This document shows positions 51,641 to 64,000 of a stretch of DNA of 64,000 nt, piece by piece. A program made the position numbers and the translations under genes. The notes under the pieces are model-generated. The model had not been told where the DNA came from and ran no database searches. It saw nothing but the letters and a program-made list of their open reading frames with translations. This DNA comes from Mobula hypostoma (lineage: Eukaryota), in assembly GCF_963921235.1 (NCBI RefSeq), contig NC_086108.1, forward strand, positions 98,830,001 to 98,894,000. The letters are read 5' to 3'. Positions within the stretch are counted from its first letter, which is position 1; the number at the start of each line of letters is the position of its first letter.

Positions 51641-52021
51641 CGTCAAACTCTGAGGCACACCACTAGTCATGAGGCTTCAATGCAAGAAACAACCTTCTAT
51701 CATCACACTTTGCTTTCCGTTATCAAGCTAATTGCATGTACAAGATATTCTGCAGATGCTGGAATTCTTAAGTAACATACACAAAAGGCTGGAGGAACTC
51801 AGCAGGTCAGGCAGCATCTACAGAGGGAAATGAACAGTTGACATCTTGGGCTCAGATCCTTCATCAGAACCCAATTGTATATTCAATTAGCTAGATCTCC
51901 TTGGATTCCATGTAATCTAACTATCAGCCTACCATGTAGAATCTTATGAAAGTGAATATAAACTGGTCTGCACTCATCAACATTTTGATCTTCTCATCAA
52001 AATCGATTGACATTATATTTA

Positions 52022-53515
52022 CAGATGTCCCCCGCTTTTCGAACGTTCGCTTACGAAACCTCACTGTTACGAAAGACCTACATTAGTTACCTGTTTTCAC
52101 TAACAGGTGTTTTCACTGTTATGAAAAAAGGCAGCGCGTGGAAAAAGCAGCATGCGAAGAAAAGAAAGCAGCACGTGACACGTGCCTGTGAGCAGCTGTT
52201 AGCAAGATGAGTTCTAAGGTATCAGAAAGCCTAAAAGAGCTCGTAAGGGTGTTACACTTAGCGTAAAATTAGACATAATTAAGTGTTTCGATTGTGGTGA
52301 ATGAAGAAAGGACGATGGGAGTTTGGCTTGTGGAAGGTGACGAAGCTGATGTTGAAGAGGTTTTGGCATCCCATGACCAAGAACTGATAGATGAAGAGCT
52401 GATGCAATTGGAAGAGGAAAGGATAACAATCAAAACCGAATGCAGTAGCAAACGAACCGAAAGTGAAGTCATCCAGGAACTGACCGTGAAGCAACTGCGT
52501 GAGATTTTCGCTGCAATGATAAAGTACGACTTTAATTTTGAAAGGGTACATCAGTTTAGGGCATATTTGCAGGATGGTTTGAGTGCTTATAAAGAACTGT
52601 ATGATAGAAAAATGCACGAGATTAGCGGTCAAGCAAGCCTTCCACATCAACCACAGCAGACGACAAACCTCGACCTTCGACATTGAGGCAGGCAGACATA
52701 GTAGAAGATGACCTGCCTGCCCTGATCGATGATGAGATGATACCCCAGTGTCCCACCACCCCAACCCCCGGGCTGCAGACAGATACCAATCCACGAAGAA
52801 TGCAGCGGTAGCCGGGACGCACCCAACACATCTTTAAGAAAAAAGCCAAAACAAACAAACTAATTAATTAGGTGCAGGGTGGCACCTAATTAATTAGCTT
52901 GTTTGTTTAAGCTTTTTTCTTAAAGATGTGCTGGGTGCGTCCCGACCACCGCTTGTACCCCTGCATGCTTCGCGGATCAGTATCGGTTCGCTGCCCGGAG
53001 GGTGGGGGTCACTGCACCACTCCAACCTCCAACAACTCAGCCTTAACACACCATCATCAGTGTGCTCGATGTCTTCCCAATTCTGGTAAGTGATACTACA
53101 CTGTATATACATTATTTCTACTTTATATCGGCTGTGTATTTTTACGTGTTATTTGGTATGATTTGGCAGTTTCACAGCTTAAAGGTTACTGGAGAGCACT
53201 TGCGCCGTGTTTCTGCCGAGAGTGCTTGCGTGAGATTTTCACTGCGGAGAACAGTGCGACAATGATTCTGGAAAAGTATTTCTACTTTATATAGGCTGTG
53301 TATTCATCATATCATTCCTGCTTTTACTATACGTTACTGTTATTTTAGGTTTTATGTGTTATTTGGCATGATTTGGTAGGTTATTTTTGGGTCTGCAAAT
53401 GCTCACAAATTTTTCCCATATAAATTAATGGCAATTGCTTCTTCGCTTTACGACATTCCGGCTTACGAACCGTTTCATAGGAATGCTCTAACCTTCGGAT
53501 GGCGGGGGAAACCTG
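52022..53515 (+). mobile_element. Tigger/pogo-type internally deleted DNA transposon
   Basis: TA|CAGATGTCCCCCGC ... GCGGGGGAAACCTG|TA; CENP-B-like HTH start (RKGVTLSVKLDIIK) fused to acidic C-terminus (DVEEVLASHDQELIDEELMQL). Confidence 0.85.
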
Positions 53516-53805
53516 TACTGGCCTATAGTTCTCAGATTTTTCTTTACCGCCCTTCAGTTAGCTGGCACCGCAACCATGACTAGTGATGCAAACACCTCTC
53601 TATCACTTCTGCAGTTTCTTCTCCAGCCTCCTACAGTGTTCTTGGATGAACCTTCTCAGGCCCTAGCGAATTGGCAATCTTCACAGTTTTAAAGACATCC
53701 AGAACCTCCTCCAATGCAGACTTTCCCCAGGATCACCCCCTTTAATTTTCCTAGTTGAAGTCTTTGTCTTTTGCCATTGTAAAAAGAGGAAATTATTCAT
53801 TTAGG

Positions 53806-56800
53806 AATACACACAAAATGCTGGAGGAACTCAGCGAGCCAGGCAGTATCTATGGAAGAGTGTACAGTCTACATTTCGGGCCAAGACCATTCATCAGGAC
53901 TGGAGAAAATAGAGATGAGGAGTCAGATGAAGAAGGTGGGGGGAAGGAGGAAGAAACACACTGGAGGTAGGGAGAGTGGTGAAGTAAAGGCTGGGAAGTT
54001 GATAGGTGAAAGAGATATAGGGCTGGAGAAGGGAGAATCTGATAGGAGAGGACAGAAGACCATGGAAGAAAGGGAAGGGGGAGGAGCACCAGAGGAAGGT
54101 GATGGGCAGGTAAGGAGATAAGGTGAAGGAGGGAAATGGGAAAGGGGAATAGTGAGGGGGTGGGCAGCATTACTGGGAATCCGAGAAATCGATGTTCATG
54201 CCATCAGGTTGGAGGCTACCCAGATGGAGTATAAGGTGTTGCTCCGCCACCTGAGTGTGGCCTCATCACGGCAGTAGAGGCGGCTATGGACTGACATGTC
54301 GGAATGGGAATGGGAAGGAGAAGTGGAATTAAAATGGGTAGCCACTGGGAGATCCCACTTTTTCAAGCGGACAGAGTGTAGGTGCTTGGTGAAGCGGTCT
54401 CCCAATCTACGATGGGTCTCACCAACACAAAGGAGGCCACAACAGGAGCACTGGATACCCAACAGATTCACAGGTGAAGTGTCACCTCACCTGGAAGGAC
54501 TGTTGGGGGCCTTGAATGGTCATGAGGAAGGAGGTGTAGGGCAGGTGTAGCACTTGTTCCGCTTGCAAAGATAAGTGCCAGGAGGGATATCATTGCGGAG
54601 GGATGAATGGACAAGGGAATCGCAGAAAGTGGCGGGGGGAGGGAACGATGTGCTTGAAGGATTCTGCTGGAGGTGGCGAATTATGTACTGGACGTGGAGG
54701 AACCCTATCCTTGGTGGGGTGGTGAGAGAATGGGGTGAAGGCAGTGTTGATGGTGGAGGAAGGAAAGCCCCTTTCTTTGCAGGAAGACAACATTTCCTTC
54801 GTTCTCACCCTGAGAGTAGATGCGGCAGAGACGGAAGAATTGAGAAAAGGTGATGATATTTTTAAAAGTAACAGGGTAGGAAGAGGTATAGTCCAGGTAG
54901 CTGTGAGAGTTAGTGGGTTTACAATAAACATCAGCTGATGAAGTGTCTCCAGAAATAGAGACAGAGAGATCAAGAAAGGGGAGGTAGGTGTCGGAAATAG
55001 ACCAGGTACATTTGAGGATAGGGTGGTAGCTGGAGGCAAAGTTGATGAAGTTGGCAAGCTCCCCATGGGTGCAGGAAGCAGCATCAAAACAGTCATCAAT
55101 GTTGCTTCGGAAAAGTTGGGGAGTGATACCAGCGTAGGCCTGGAATATATTCTGTATCATGTAGCTGACAAAAAGGGCAAACATAGCTGGGACCCATGCA
55201 AGTGCCCACCTCCTCACCTTTTGTTTGAAGGAAGTGGGAGGTGCCGAAGAAGAAATTATTGAGAATGAGGACGTTTCGCCAGATGGAGAGTGATGGTAGA
55301 AAGGAACTAGTGTCCAGAAAGAAACAGAAAGCTTTGAGGCCTTCCTGGTGGGGGAATGGAGGTATATAAGAGCTAAACATCCATAGTGAATATATGAAAT
55401 ATGATCAGGGCCAGGGGACTTGAAATTATTGAAGAGATCAAGAGCATGTGAAGTGTCGATAGATGTAAATAGGAAGGGACTGAACCAGGGAGAGTGGGGA
55501 CTGAGTCAAGTTATACATATACAAGTTCAATGGGGCAGGAACAAGACAAAACAATAAGTCTACCTGGACAGGCAGGTTTGTGGATCTTGGGTAGGAGGTA
55601 GAAACGGCAGGTGTGGGGCGAGGGAATTATGAGGTTGGTGGCAATGAATGGGAGATCCCTGGAGTTAATAAGGTCAGTGATTTTGTGGAAGACAATGGCC
55701 TAGCGCTCCTTAGTGAGGTCCTATTTGAGGGTAAGTAAGAGGAAGTGTCTGACAGTTGTCACCTGGCCCCAGCAAGGTAGAGGTCAGTCTGCCAGACTAC
55801 TACAGCACCTCCCTTATCTGAGGGTTTGATAGTGAGGTTAGAAATAGTGCAGAGAGTTTGTAAGGAGCGAGGCTGGAATTGGAGAGAGGAGTGGTGAAGT
55901 CGAGACGGTTGATGTCCTGTCGGCAACTAGTAATGAAAAGATCCAGAGCAGGCAGAAGACCAGATTGGAGTGTCCAGAAAGAAGAGGAAGGTTGAAGGTG
56001 GGAGAAGGGGGTCATCGGTGCAGGCCAGAGAATCCTGGCCAAAGAAGAGGGCACGGAGACGGAGGCGGCGGAAAAAGTGCTCAGCATCATGGCGGGCACG
56101 GAATTGAAGTGTGATGCCTTACTGAGGACAGGACGCTCTGCCTCAGAGGGGAAGGAAGGGCAGAGAGGTTGCTGAAGACCCAGCACAGATGAGAGCTGGG
56201 ATCAGATGGGGGGGAAGGAAGTTGATAGTGTCAGAGGAGAGGGGATGGTTGGGATGTCCAGAGAAGGTAGGCTGAGAAGAAGATGGGAGTCTCTGAGGAC
56301 CCAAGAGCTGGCAGTGGGGCCAGAGAGACATTGGATTGCAGAGTGGTGATGAGAGAAGGGGAGAGACTAGGGTTCCAGTGGCAGCATGTAAAGTCCCAGC
56401 CTGGAGGTTTGCTGGTCAAGGTTGGAGTCTTCAGTTGGTGGTTGCACAATTGGCACTTTGAACATGTTCAAGGTTGTTGGAACCCGCATTTATGGCAGTG
56501 GAGTCTAGCTTCAGAAGCTGCTCAGGATAGTTAGAACCGTTGAGGTCAGCAGCAGGGATCGCGGTGTGGAGATGTCCTTGCCTACTGGCGCTGGAGATGG
56601 CAGGTTCTGTAGTCTGTAGATGGGCGATCTTCCAATCCTTGCAGGACATGAGAAAGTCAAAGAACCAGCGACTGAAAGCATGAATCTAGAGGATAAAGTA
56701 GCGGACAGATACATTGCAGTCAGCGGAGAGAGTATCCTGGAGTTGTGGAAGTAACTGGGATAGGGACCTCAGGTACCCTCTTATGGCGGAATGTGTGCTT

Positions 56801-57331
56801 GGAAAAAGCAGTCAAATGAATGTGAGTATCAGGGGTCCTCAGAGGGTTCAAATCAAAAGGCTTGAAAATGGATCTGGAAGCTACTTAGTACAAGCTGGCA
56901 GCAAAGACGTGTTCCCAGGAGAGATAAATGGCTGTGGTAGCGGGTCTAGGTAAGCAAATGGTCATTTTTATCTCCTTACCTGCCCATCAACCCCCTCCGA
57001 TGCTCCTCCCCCTTTTCTTTCTTCCATGGACTTCTGTCCTCTTCTATCAGATTCCCTCTTCTCCAGCCCTGTATCTCTTTCACCTATGAACTTCCCAGCT
57101 CTTACCTTCAATACTCCTCCCCCTTCCCGGTTTCACCTATCACCCAGTGTTTCTTCCTCCCCTCCCCCACCTTTTAACTTTAAATCACTTTAAAAATCAA
57201 AAATATGAAGGGTTCTGATCTGAAACATAGACTGTACTCTTTTCTGTAGATGCTGCTTGGGCTGCCAAGTTCCTCCAGCATTTTGTGGGTGTTGCTTGTA
57301 TTTCCAGCACCTGCAGATTTTCTCTCGCTTG
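53806..57331 (-). mobile_element. Near full-length decayed Penelope-like element with inverted terminal repeats
   Basis: RT remnants (QTKG...GTCMGPSY, IDD, LPFLD, YLDYTSS) and GIY-YIG (CGLLCVGET...LPVATHFNS); TSD TATTCATT(T/A)AGG at 53794-53805 and 57332-57343. Confidence 0.88.
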
Positions 57332-57424
57332 TATTCATTAAGGCAGGGGTCCCCAACCTTCTTTGCACAGCAGACTGCGATGACAATATTCTTGTGGACC
57401 GGCCGACGGGGGTGGGTGTTCAAG

Positions 57425-58212
57425 TAGGGTTGCCAACTTCCTCACTCCCAAATAAGGGACAAAAGTAGCAGTCAAATATGGGACACTTGTGTTTACCCCG
57501 AGGAAGACTACCATGACCATGAAGCCTTGCGCGGGCACCTGTGTGTGCATGTGTGTACGTGCCGATTTTTTTCTACAAATTGGTTTTGGCTTAATCTTCC
57601 CAATTCTGTTAAGTGAAACTACACTCACTGTCTGTCTGTCTGTCTAGGTACCATATCCGATGCGGACTTTGGTGACCATGGTTTTCCATATAGATCTATC
57701 CTTTGTTTTTTTGGATGACTTCCATTTCCTCGATGTGTAGCCACCTGGCTATGCTTTTGATGTACATAAGCCAAGGTCTTCCTCTAGGTTTACTCCCCTC
57801 AATCTTTCCAGAGAGTATGAGTTCTTCTAGTTCACCTTTCCGCATGATGTGTCCTGGGAATCTGAGTTGTCTTTCTCTTATTGTTGGTGTGAGTGATCGA
57901 ACTGCTTGGGCTCTTCTGAGAACTGTTCGTACATTATTTCTACTTTATATAGGCTGTGTATTTATCATATCATTCCTACTTTTACTATATGTTAGTGTTA
58001 TTTTTTGGGTCTGGGAACGCTCAAAAATTTTTCCCATATAAATTAATGGTAATTGCTTCTTCGCTTTACGCCATTTCGGCTTACAAATGGTTTCATAGGA
58101 ATGCTCTACCTTAGCGGGGGAAATATGGGACAAGGGCAGTCCCGTATGGAACGAACAAATTTAGCCCAATATACAGGATGTCCCGGCTAATACAGGACAG
58201 TTGGCAACCCTA
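57425..58212. mobile_element. Second hAT non-autonomous element nested in the first
   Basis: TIR TAGGGTTGCCAAC / GTTGGCAACCCTA; perfect 8-bp TSD TGTTCAAG. Confidence 0.85.
57628..57922 (-). mobile_element. RTE-clade LINE 3' fragment
   Basis: Minus strand GHIMRKGELEELILSGKIEGSKPRGRP motif; (AGAC)n tail. Confidence 0.7.
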
Positions 58213-59091
58213 TGTTCAAGTTCAACGGTGCGTGACAGGGAATGAGGACAGCTGACTCATGTCATTTCATATCGCCAAATCGTATTGTTTCCTCGCGGCC
58301 CGGTAGCATATGCTTTGATACTGGTCCGCGGCCCGGTGGTTGGGGACCACTGCATTAAGGACCTTGCCCAACACAAACATGTCCCTTTGGTCTTTGAGGG
58401 CCTTATTCTCCCCTTGTTACTTTTCTCCTTAATATATATTGGAGACAGTGGAGGAGGTGGTAGATCGGCTATAATCACTAAGTTTAAGAGACATTTAGAC
58501 AGCCACTTGGATCTGTTTTTTTTATACATTAGACATACAATGCGGAACTGGCCCTTTTGGCCCACTGAGCCGCACCGCCCAGTAACCCTTATCCTAATCA
58601 CAGGACAATTTACAATGACCAATTAACCTACTAACCGGTATGTCTTTGGACTGCAGGAGGAAACTGGAGCACTTAGAGGAGACCCACCCGTACATAGGAA
58701 GAATGTAAACTTTCCTAGAGAATGCCAGAATCAAACTCTGATGCCTGAAGCTCTAATGGTGTTATGCTAACTGCTACACTACTGGCGTCTACCATCTGCG
58801 TGAGATGTTGGGGCTATCGGGACTTTGAGACTTTTTTTTACCGTGCCCATGGTCTGCTCTTTATCAAATTATGGTATTGCTTTGCACTGTTGTAACTATA
58901 TGTTATAATTATGTGGTTTTTGTCAGTTTTAGTCTTGGACTGTCCTGTGCTTCTGTGATATCATACTGGAGGAACATTGTATTATTTCTTAATGCATGCA
59001 TTTCTAAATGACAATAAACGAGGACTGAGTGTCCTCATAATCTAAGGTACAGAAAGATATGAACCAAATACAGCAAAACAGGATTAATATA

Positions 59092-59182
59092 CAGTACTGT
59101 GCAATAGTCTTAGGCACCCTAGATATATACACACACACACATATACACATACATATATACCTATATATACACACACATATTT

Positions 59183-59214
<32 letters not shown>

Positions 59215-59253
59215 TACATATACATTAGCGCCCAAGACTATTGCACAGTACTG
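59092..59253. mobile_element. Tc1/mariner-type MITE with internal microsatellite
   Basis: TA|CAGTACTGTGCAATAGTCTTAGGCAC ... GCGCCCAAGACTATTGCACAGTACTG; short sister copy at ~59662-59725. Confidence 0.75.
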
Positions 59254-61419
59254 CATTTGTCAACATGCAGCGGAAAGCAAGTTTGTATATCTGGCCGGAG
59301 CAAATGAATTTGGGAATGGCGAGGGTAGAGTGCTGCAGGAGGGGTGTGGGACAAGCGAGAGAGAATGGCCAGGGCTGGGGGGCGGGGTGTGGGTGCAGAC
59401 ACACCCAGCCCTGAGAAACTAGGCAAGATCATTTGATTCCAAACAATTGGTTTATTAATCATTACAGAATGTCTCTCTGGTGCTTCCCACTCCCACCCGC
59501 TCCCTTCTCCTTTTCCTAACACAATTCCCCTCTGCCTGCCTCTTTCACACTCTCAGTCCACAATAGAGACCCATATTTGAAGCAGGTTCATCATCACTCA
59601 CATATGTCATGAAAATTATATTTTTTGCGGCAGCACTACAGTGCAATACATAAAATTACTACAATACTCTGCAAAAGTCTTAGGTACAAGTATATAGCAA
59701 GTGTGCCTAAGACTTTTGCAGAGTAGGTCAGCACAGATCGAAGGCCAAATAGTCCACTTCTATTCTCTTGGGACTCACAGAATCCAAGTCCCTCTATTTA
59801 GATCAAAGTTCTTAGGGAGAACTTAAATGGTATAAGATTTTATATGCAAATAATTACTCATCAATATTGTCCTAACATTATTGAAGCCAGAGAAAGCAAT
59901 TCAGGTGAAGGTTATGGAGAAACCGTAACTGTTCTCATGCTTACTCTGCCTCAAGCAGGATATCTGATCTACATCAGAACAGAAAGAATAAAATAAAACC
60001 AGCACACAAAGAAACCAAAAACAAAAATGATTCCTCTTCTGCCAACCTCTCTTTTTTTTCTCCTAATTCACAAATAGGCTCTCTTCCTTGGAAATTTGTT
60101 TTTTTTTAAGAAGGAAGTAGCAAATGATTCAGAAATTAAATCCTGCTACATGAGTGGGTCAGATAAAACTCGAAGTACTACAACAACACTCATGACATTG
60201 CAGTGCATTTTTTTTGAAGTATCTTAACGGTCAACAGCAATCACATGATGCCCTTTCACTTTACTTCTAACATTGTGCTACACTATCACTTAGTTTGAAA
60301 TGAATTACATCATTCTGTGACTAACACTTCGAGGCAATGCAGATTAAGGCAGGCCAGGAAGTTGCAAGGTTCAAGATAATTAGGCTTGTGCAATCATAAC
60401 TTCTCTAATGACTTGTTTCTGATTTTAAACAATACTGACATGAGCCGATGATCTGTGGACACAATCGCTCATTGGTTCCTGATAGCTACTTTAATATTAA
60501 CAAGTAAAATTTTTCTTGATCTAGTCAAAAACAAAAATTATCTTCAAAATATATAATCCTTACAAGCTGGGAATTCAGTGTTCAGTATTTTCTTATTACA
60601 GAAAATATAACCTAGGGCATAATTAACATAAACTGTCAGTAGCTATTTTATTAGGTACACTTGGACATTTGCTTATTAATGCAAACATCTAATCAGCCAA
60701 TCATGTGGCAGCAACCCCATGCACAAAAGCATCCAAACATGGTTAAGAGGTTCACTTGTTGTTCAGACCAAACATCAGACTGAGGAAGAAATGTGATCTG
60801 TGACTTTGACGATGGAATAATAGTTGGGTGTAATTTCTGATACTGCAACCCAAGGTAAAAATAACTGAAACACTTTTTTTTTTAAAACCTTTGCATTCTA
60901 AACTTCCACATTCTTGGAGCATTTGATTTCTTAAATGTTCATATTTTTGTGTTCCCTCACAACTCATCACTCAACATTAAGAAAATTTTGTTGTCTACCT
61001 GAATCCAAATAGATGGCCATCCAGTCCTCAACTTCCATCTGCTACAGTTTTTCATCCTCACTTGTTCTATCAAAATCCTATAGGTCCTGATGAAGGATCT
61101 TGGCCCAAAACGTTGACTGTTTATGCTCCTCTGTAGATTCTGCCTGACTTCCTGAACTCATCCAGCATTTTGTGTATGTTGCTTAATATTTCCAGCATCT
61201 GCAGAACCTAATGTATTCCTAAAGGAAATGCATGCTATCATCTACACAACTTAACCTGCCTTCCAACTTGCTGCCTTTTCATTCCTTGATCCAAGTTATT
61301 AACCTTCAAAATGAAAATCCAGAGCCATACCTTAGACCCTGAGTACCCCACTTGACACATCCTACCTATGTGAATATTGCTTGTTCCCTTTTGTTCTCCC
61401 TTTCTCTCAACCATTTACT

Positions 61420-63585
61420 GATCTGGAAGTTGTACTGAAGTTGCAGAAAATGTTGCTGAGGCCTTATTTGGGGTACTCTTTGTAGTTGCAGTCGTCTGTC
61501 TACAGAAAAGACCTATATAAAATTGAAAGAGTTACAAGGACAAAATTTACAAGGATGTTGCCAGGATTACACTCACTGGAATTCAGAAGATGAAGGGTGA
61601 CCTAATTGAAACCTTTTCTTTTTAAATCTTTTTATTGAGTAAGTATACAAAAAAGGTAAGCCATATAAACATTAATACAATGTTAAAGTACAATAAAATT
61701 CCAAAAGATAACAATACCAAAAAGAAAATACTACAAACAATGTAATTTAAGCATAAGAAACCAAGATAACATAATAGTATACTAGATTTTATATATATCA
61801 ATGGAAAAAAAAAGAAAAAAGAAAAAAAAACCCCCCAAAAAAAAACCCACCGTGCAACTACCTAAAAGCAAAGCAAAGCAATGGGCTAACTTGAAACCAA
61901 ACAGAGTTAAACTTAAAATCACGTCCTCAATCCCGACCTCCATTAAAACAGTGAAAAAAAAACAAGAAGGGTAAATATTACATTAAATGAAAATATCGAA
62001 TAAAAGGTCCCCAAATCTGTTCAAATTTAAATGAAGAATCATAAAGGTTACTTCTAATTTTCTCCAGATTCAAACATAAAATCGTCTGAGAAAACCAAAA
62101 AAAGGTAGTTGGAGCATTAAGCTCTTTCCAATGTTGTAAAATACATCTTTTCGCCATTAAAGTAAGAAATGCAATCATTCTACGGGCTGAAGGGGAAAGA
62201 TTACTAGAAATTTTAGGTAGTCCAAAGATAGCAGTAATAGGGTGAGGAGAGATATCTATATTTAATACCTTAGAAATAATATTGAAAATATCTCTCCAAA
62301 AAGTTTCCAAAGTAGGGCAAGACCAAAACATATGAGTTAAAGAGGCTATCTGCCCCGAACATCTATCACAGAAAGGATTAATATGCGAGTAAAAACGCGC
62401 TAACTTATCTTTGGACATATGTGCTCTATGAACCACTTTAAATTGAATTAGGGAATGTTTAGCACAAATAGAGGAAGTATTAACTAATTGTAAAATCTGC
62501 CCCCAATCATCCACAGAAATGGTAAGCCCCAATTCCTGTTCCCAATCTACCCTAATCTTATCAAATGGAGCTTTCCTAAGTTTCATAATAATATTATAAA
62601 TCATAGCCGATGCACCTTTCTGACATGGATTAAGGTTAATTATCGAATCTAAAATATATATAGGAGGAAGCATTGGAAAGGAAGAAAGTATAGTACTTAG
62701 GAAATTTCTAACTTGTAAATATCTAAAAAAATGTATTCTTGATAAGTTATATTTATTAGATAATTGTTCAAAAGACATAAGGGAACCATCTAAGACCTAA
62801 TTGAAACCTATCAAATGCTGAAAGGCCTTAACAGAGTGGATTAGGAGGATGTTTCCTATGGTGGGAGAGTTTGGGACCAGAAAACACAGCCTCAGAATAG
62901 TGGGGTATCTTTTTAGAACAGAGATGAGGAGACATTTCTTTTGCCATACAGTGATGAATCTGTAGAATTTGTTGCCACAGGTGGCTGTGGAGGCCAAGTC
63001 TTTTAAGTATATTTAAGGCTGAGGTTGATAGATTTGAAATTGGTCAGGGCACAAAGGGATATGGGGAGAAGACAGGAGACTGGGGCCGAGAGAAAAAGCG
63101 ATCAGCCATGATGAAATAGCGGAGGAGACTCGATAGGCCAAATGGACTAATTTTGTTCCTATATCTTATGGTTTTATGGACCCGAGTTATAGGAAAAGGT
63201 TGAAGTGATTAGAACTTTATTCCCTAGAATGTAGAAGATTTGATATAAGTATACAAAATGAGGCAGATAGATAAAGTAAATACAAGCAGTCTTTTTCCAG
63301 TAAGATTGGTTGAAACTAGAGCTAGAGGTCATGGGTTAAGGGCAAAAGGTGAAATGTTTAAGAGGAACATGAGGGGGAACTTCTTCATTCAGAATGTGGT
63401 GAGAATGTGGAACGAGATGCCAACAGAAGTGGTGGGTGCAGTTTCAATTTCAGCACAAGAGAAATTTGGATAGGTACGTGGATGGGAGGGGTATGGAGGG
63501 CTTTGGTTTGGTTGAGAGTCGATGGAATTATGTAGATTATGTGGGCTGGAGGTCCTGTTTCTGTGCTGTGGCACTATAACTCATC
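61420..63585 (+). mobile_element. Two nested old CR1 3' fragments hosting the L1
   Basis: CR1 RT C-terminal and 3' UTR motifs resume on both sides of the L1 and again after ~63180. Confidence 0.7.
61615..62793 (-). mobile_element. 5'-truncated L1-clade LINE, apparently young
   Basis: Uninterrupted 266-aa ORF2 C-terminus with zinc knuckle CDRC...HMFWSC; AATAAA and A-rich tail; perfect 16-bp TSD GACCTAATTGAAACCT. Confidence 0.92.
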
Positions 63586-64000
63586 TTAATTGCATTCTAT
63601 CTTTTAAATGCCTGCATTTGTTTTATTTTTAGTTTCCTAAAAGTTTTCCACGGCAGGGTGGGGGGGGGGGGTGGATGTGAAATTTCAATCCTTAACATAC
63701 TTGTGTTCCCTGGCTCTTATCATTAGATTCAGTAGAAATAATTAAATCTATGTAAACAGTCTACCCTATTAAGGTGAACTTGATCAATTCATCTCAATTG
63801 TCCGGTTTATGGCAACGGTGAAGCATAGCGATGATTTGCTGGCACCAAACAAAACTATAACTACTTTAATAATCACACTTGTTCTCAGAAATGAACACTG
63901 CAAAAGCCTGTAACTTAACTATCAGAGTTAACCTTTTGAACTGCCTGTATGACCTGGCATTTTTGTGGTGTGAACTGAAATCTCAAGGGTGCAGGATGGT

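Larger units (their letters stand above)
57344..58352. mobile_element. hAT (Charlie-like) non-autonomous element
   Basis: TIR CAGGGGTCCCCAACC / GGTTGGGGACCACTG; perfect 8-bp TSD CATTAAGG. Confidence 0.88.

Noticed and set aside
63795..63855. Possible RFX-type X-box or enhancer (GTTTATGGCAAC) in unique sequence
   Set aside because: Partial motif only; cannot be supported without conservation or chromatin data.
48844..64000. PKN2 exon 2 (HR1a) or promoter
   Set aside because: No HR1a-like exon or CpG-island-like promoter is visible; the region is intronic and repeat-filled.

Overview
Vertebrate genomic DNA. The CR1/Penelope/Rex-Babar/Tc1-rich repeat landscape suggests a cartilaginous fish such as a ray or skate (inference). 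The minus strand carries 18 consecutive coding exons of PKN2 (protein kinase N2), equivalent to human exons 3-20. I reconstructed them with GT-AG boundaries and consistent phases from 48843 down to 5584, covering HR1 repeats, the C2-like domain, the proline-rich linker and most of the kinase domain. Exons 1-2 and 21-22 were not found and presumably lie outside the window. The large introns are packed with mostly decayed and often nested transposable elements: CR1, Rex/Babar, RTE, R4/Dong-like, L1, Penelope-like elements (PLE), Tc1, Tigger/pogo, hAT, a Helitron and tRNA-SINEs. The most notable observations are: (1) minimal hammerhead-ribozyme motifs in the PLE terminal repeats; (2) an ORF-less ~810-bp palindromic PLE derivative with its own target-site duplication; (3) a Sleeping Beauty-like Tc1 built from two right ends; (4) a six-layer nested insertion; (5) an apparently young L1 with a perfect 16-bp TSD. 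All family assignments come from motif recognition and recall, not from database searches. Exon numbering follows recalled human PKN2 structure.
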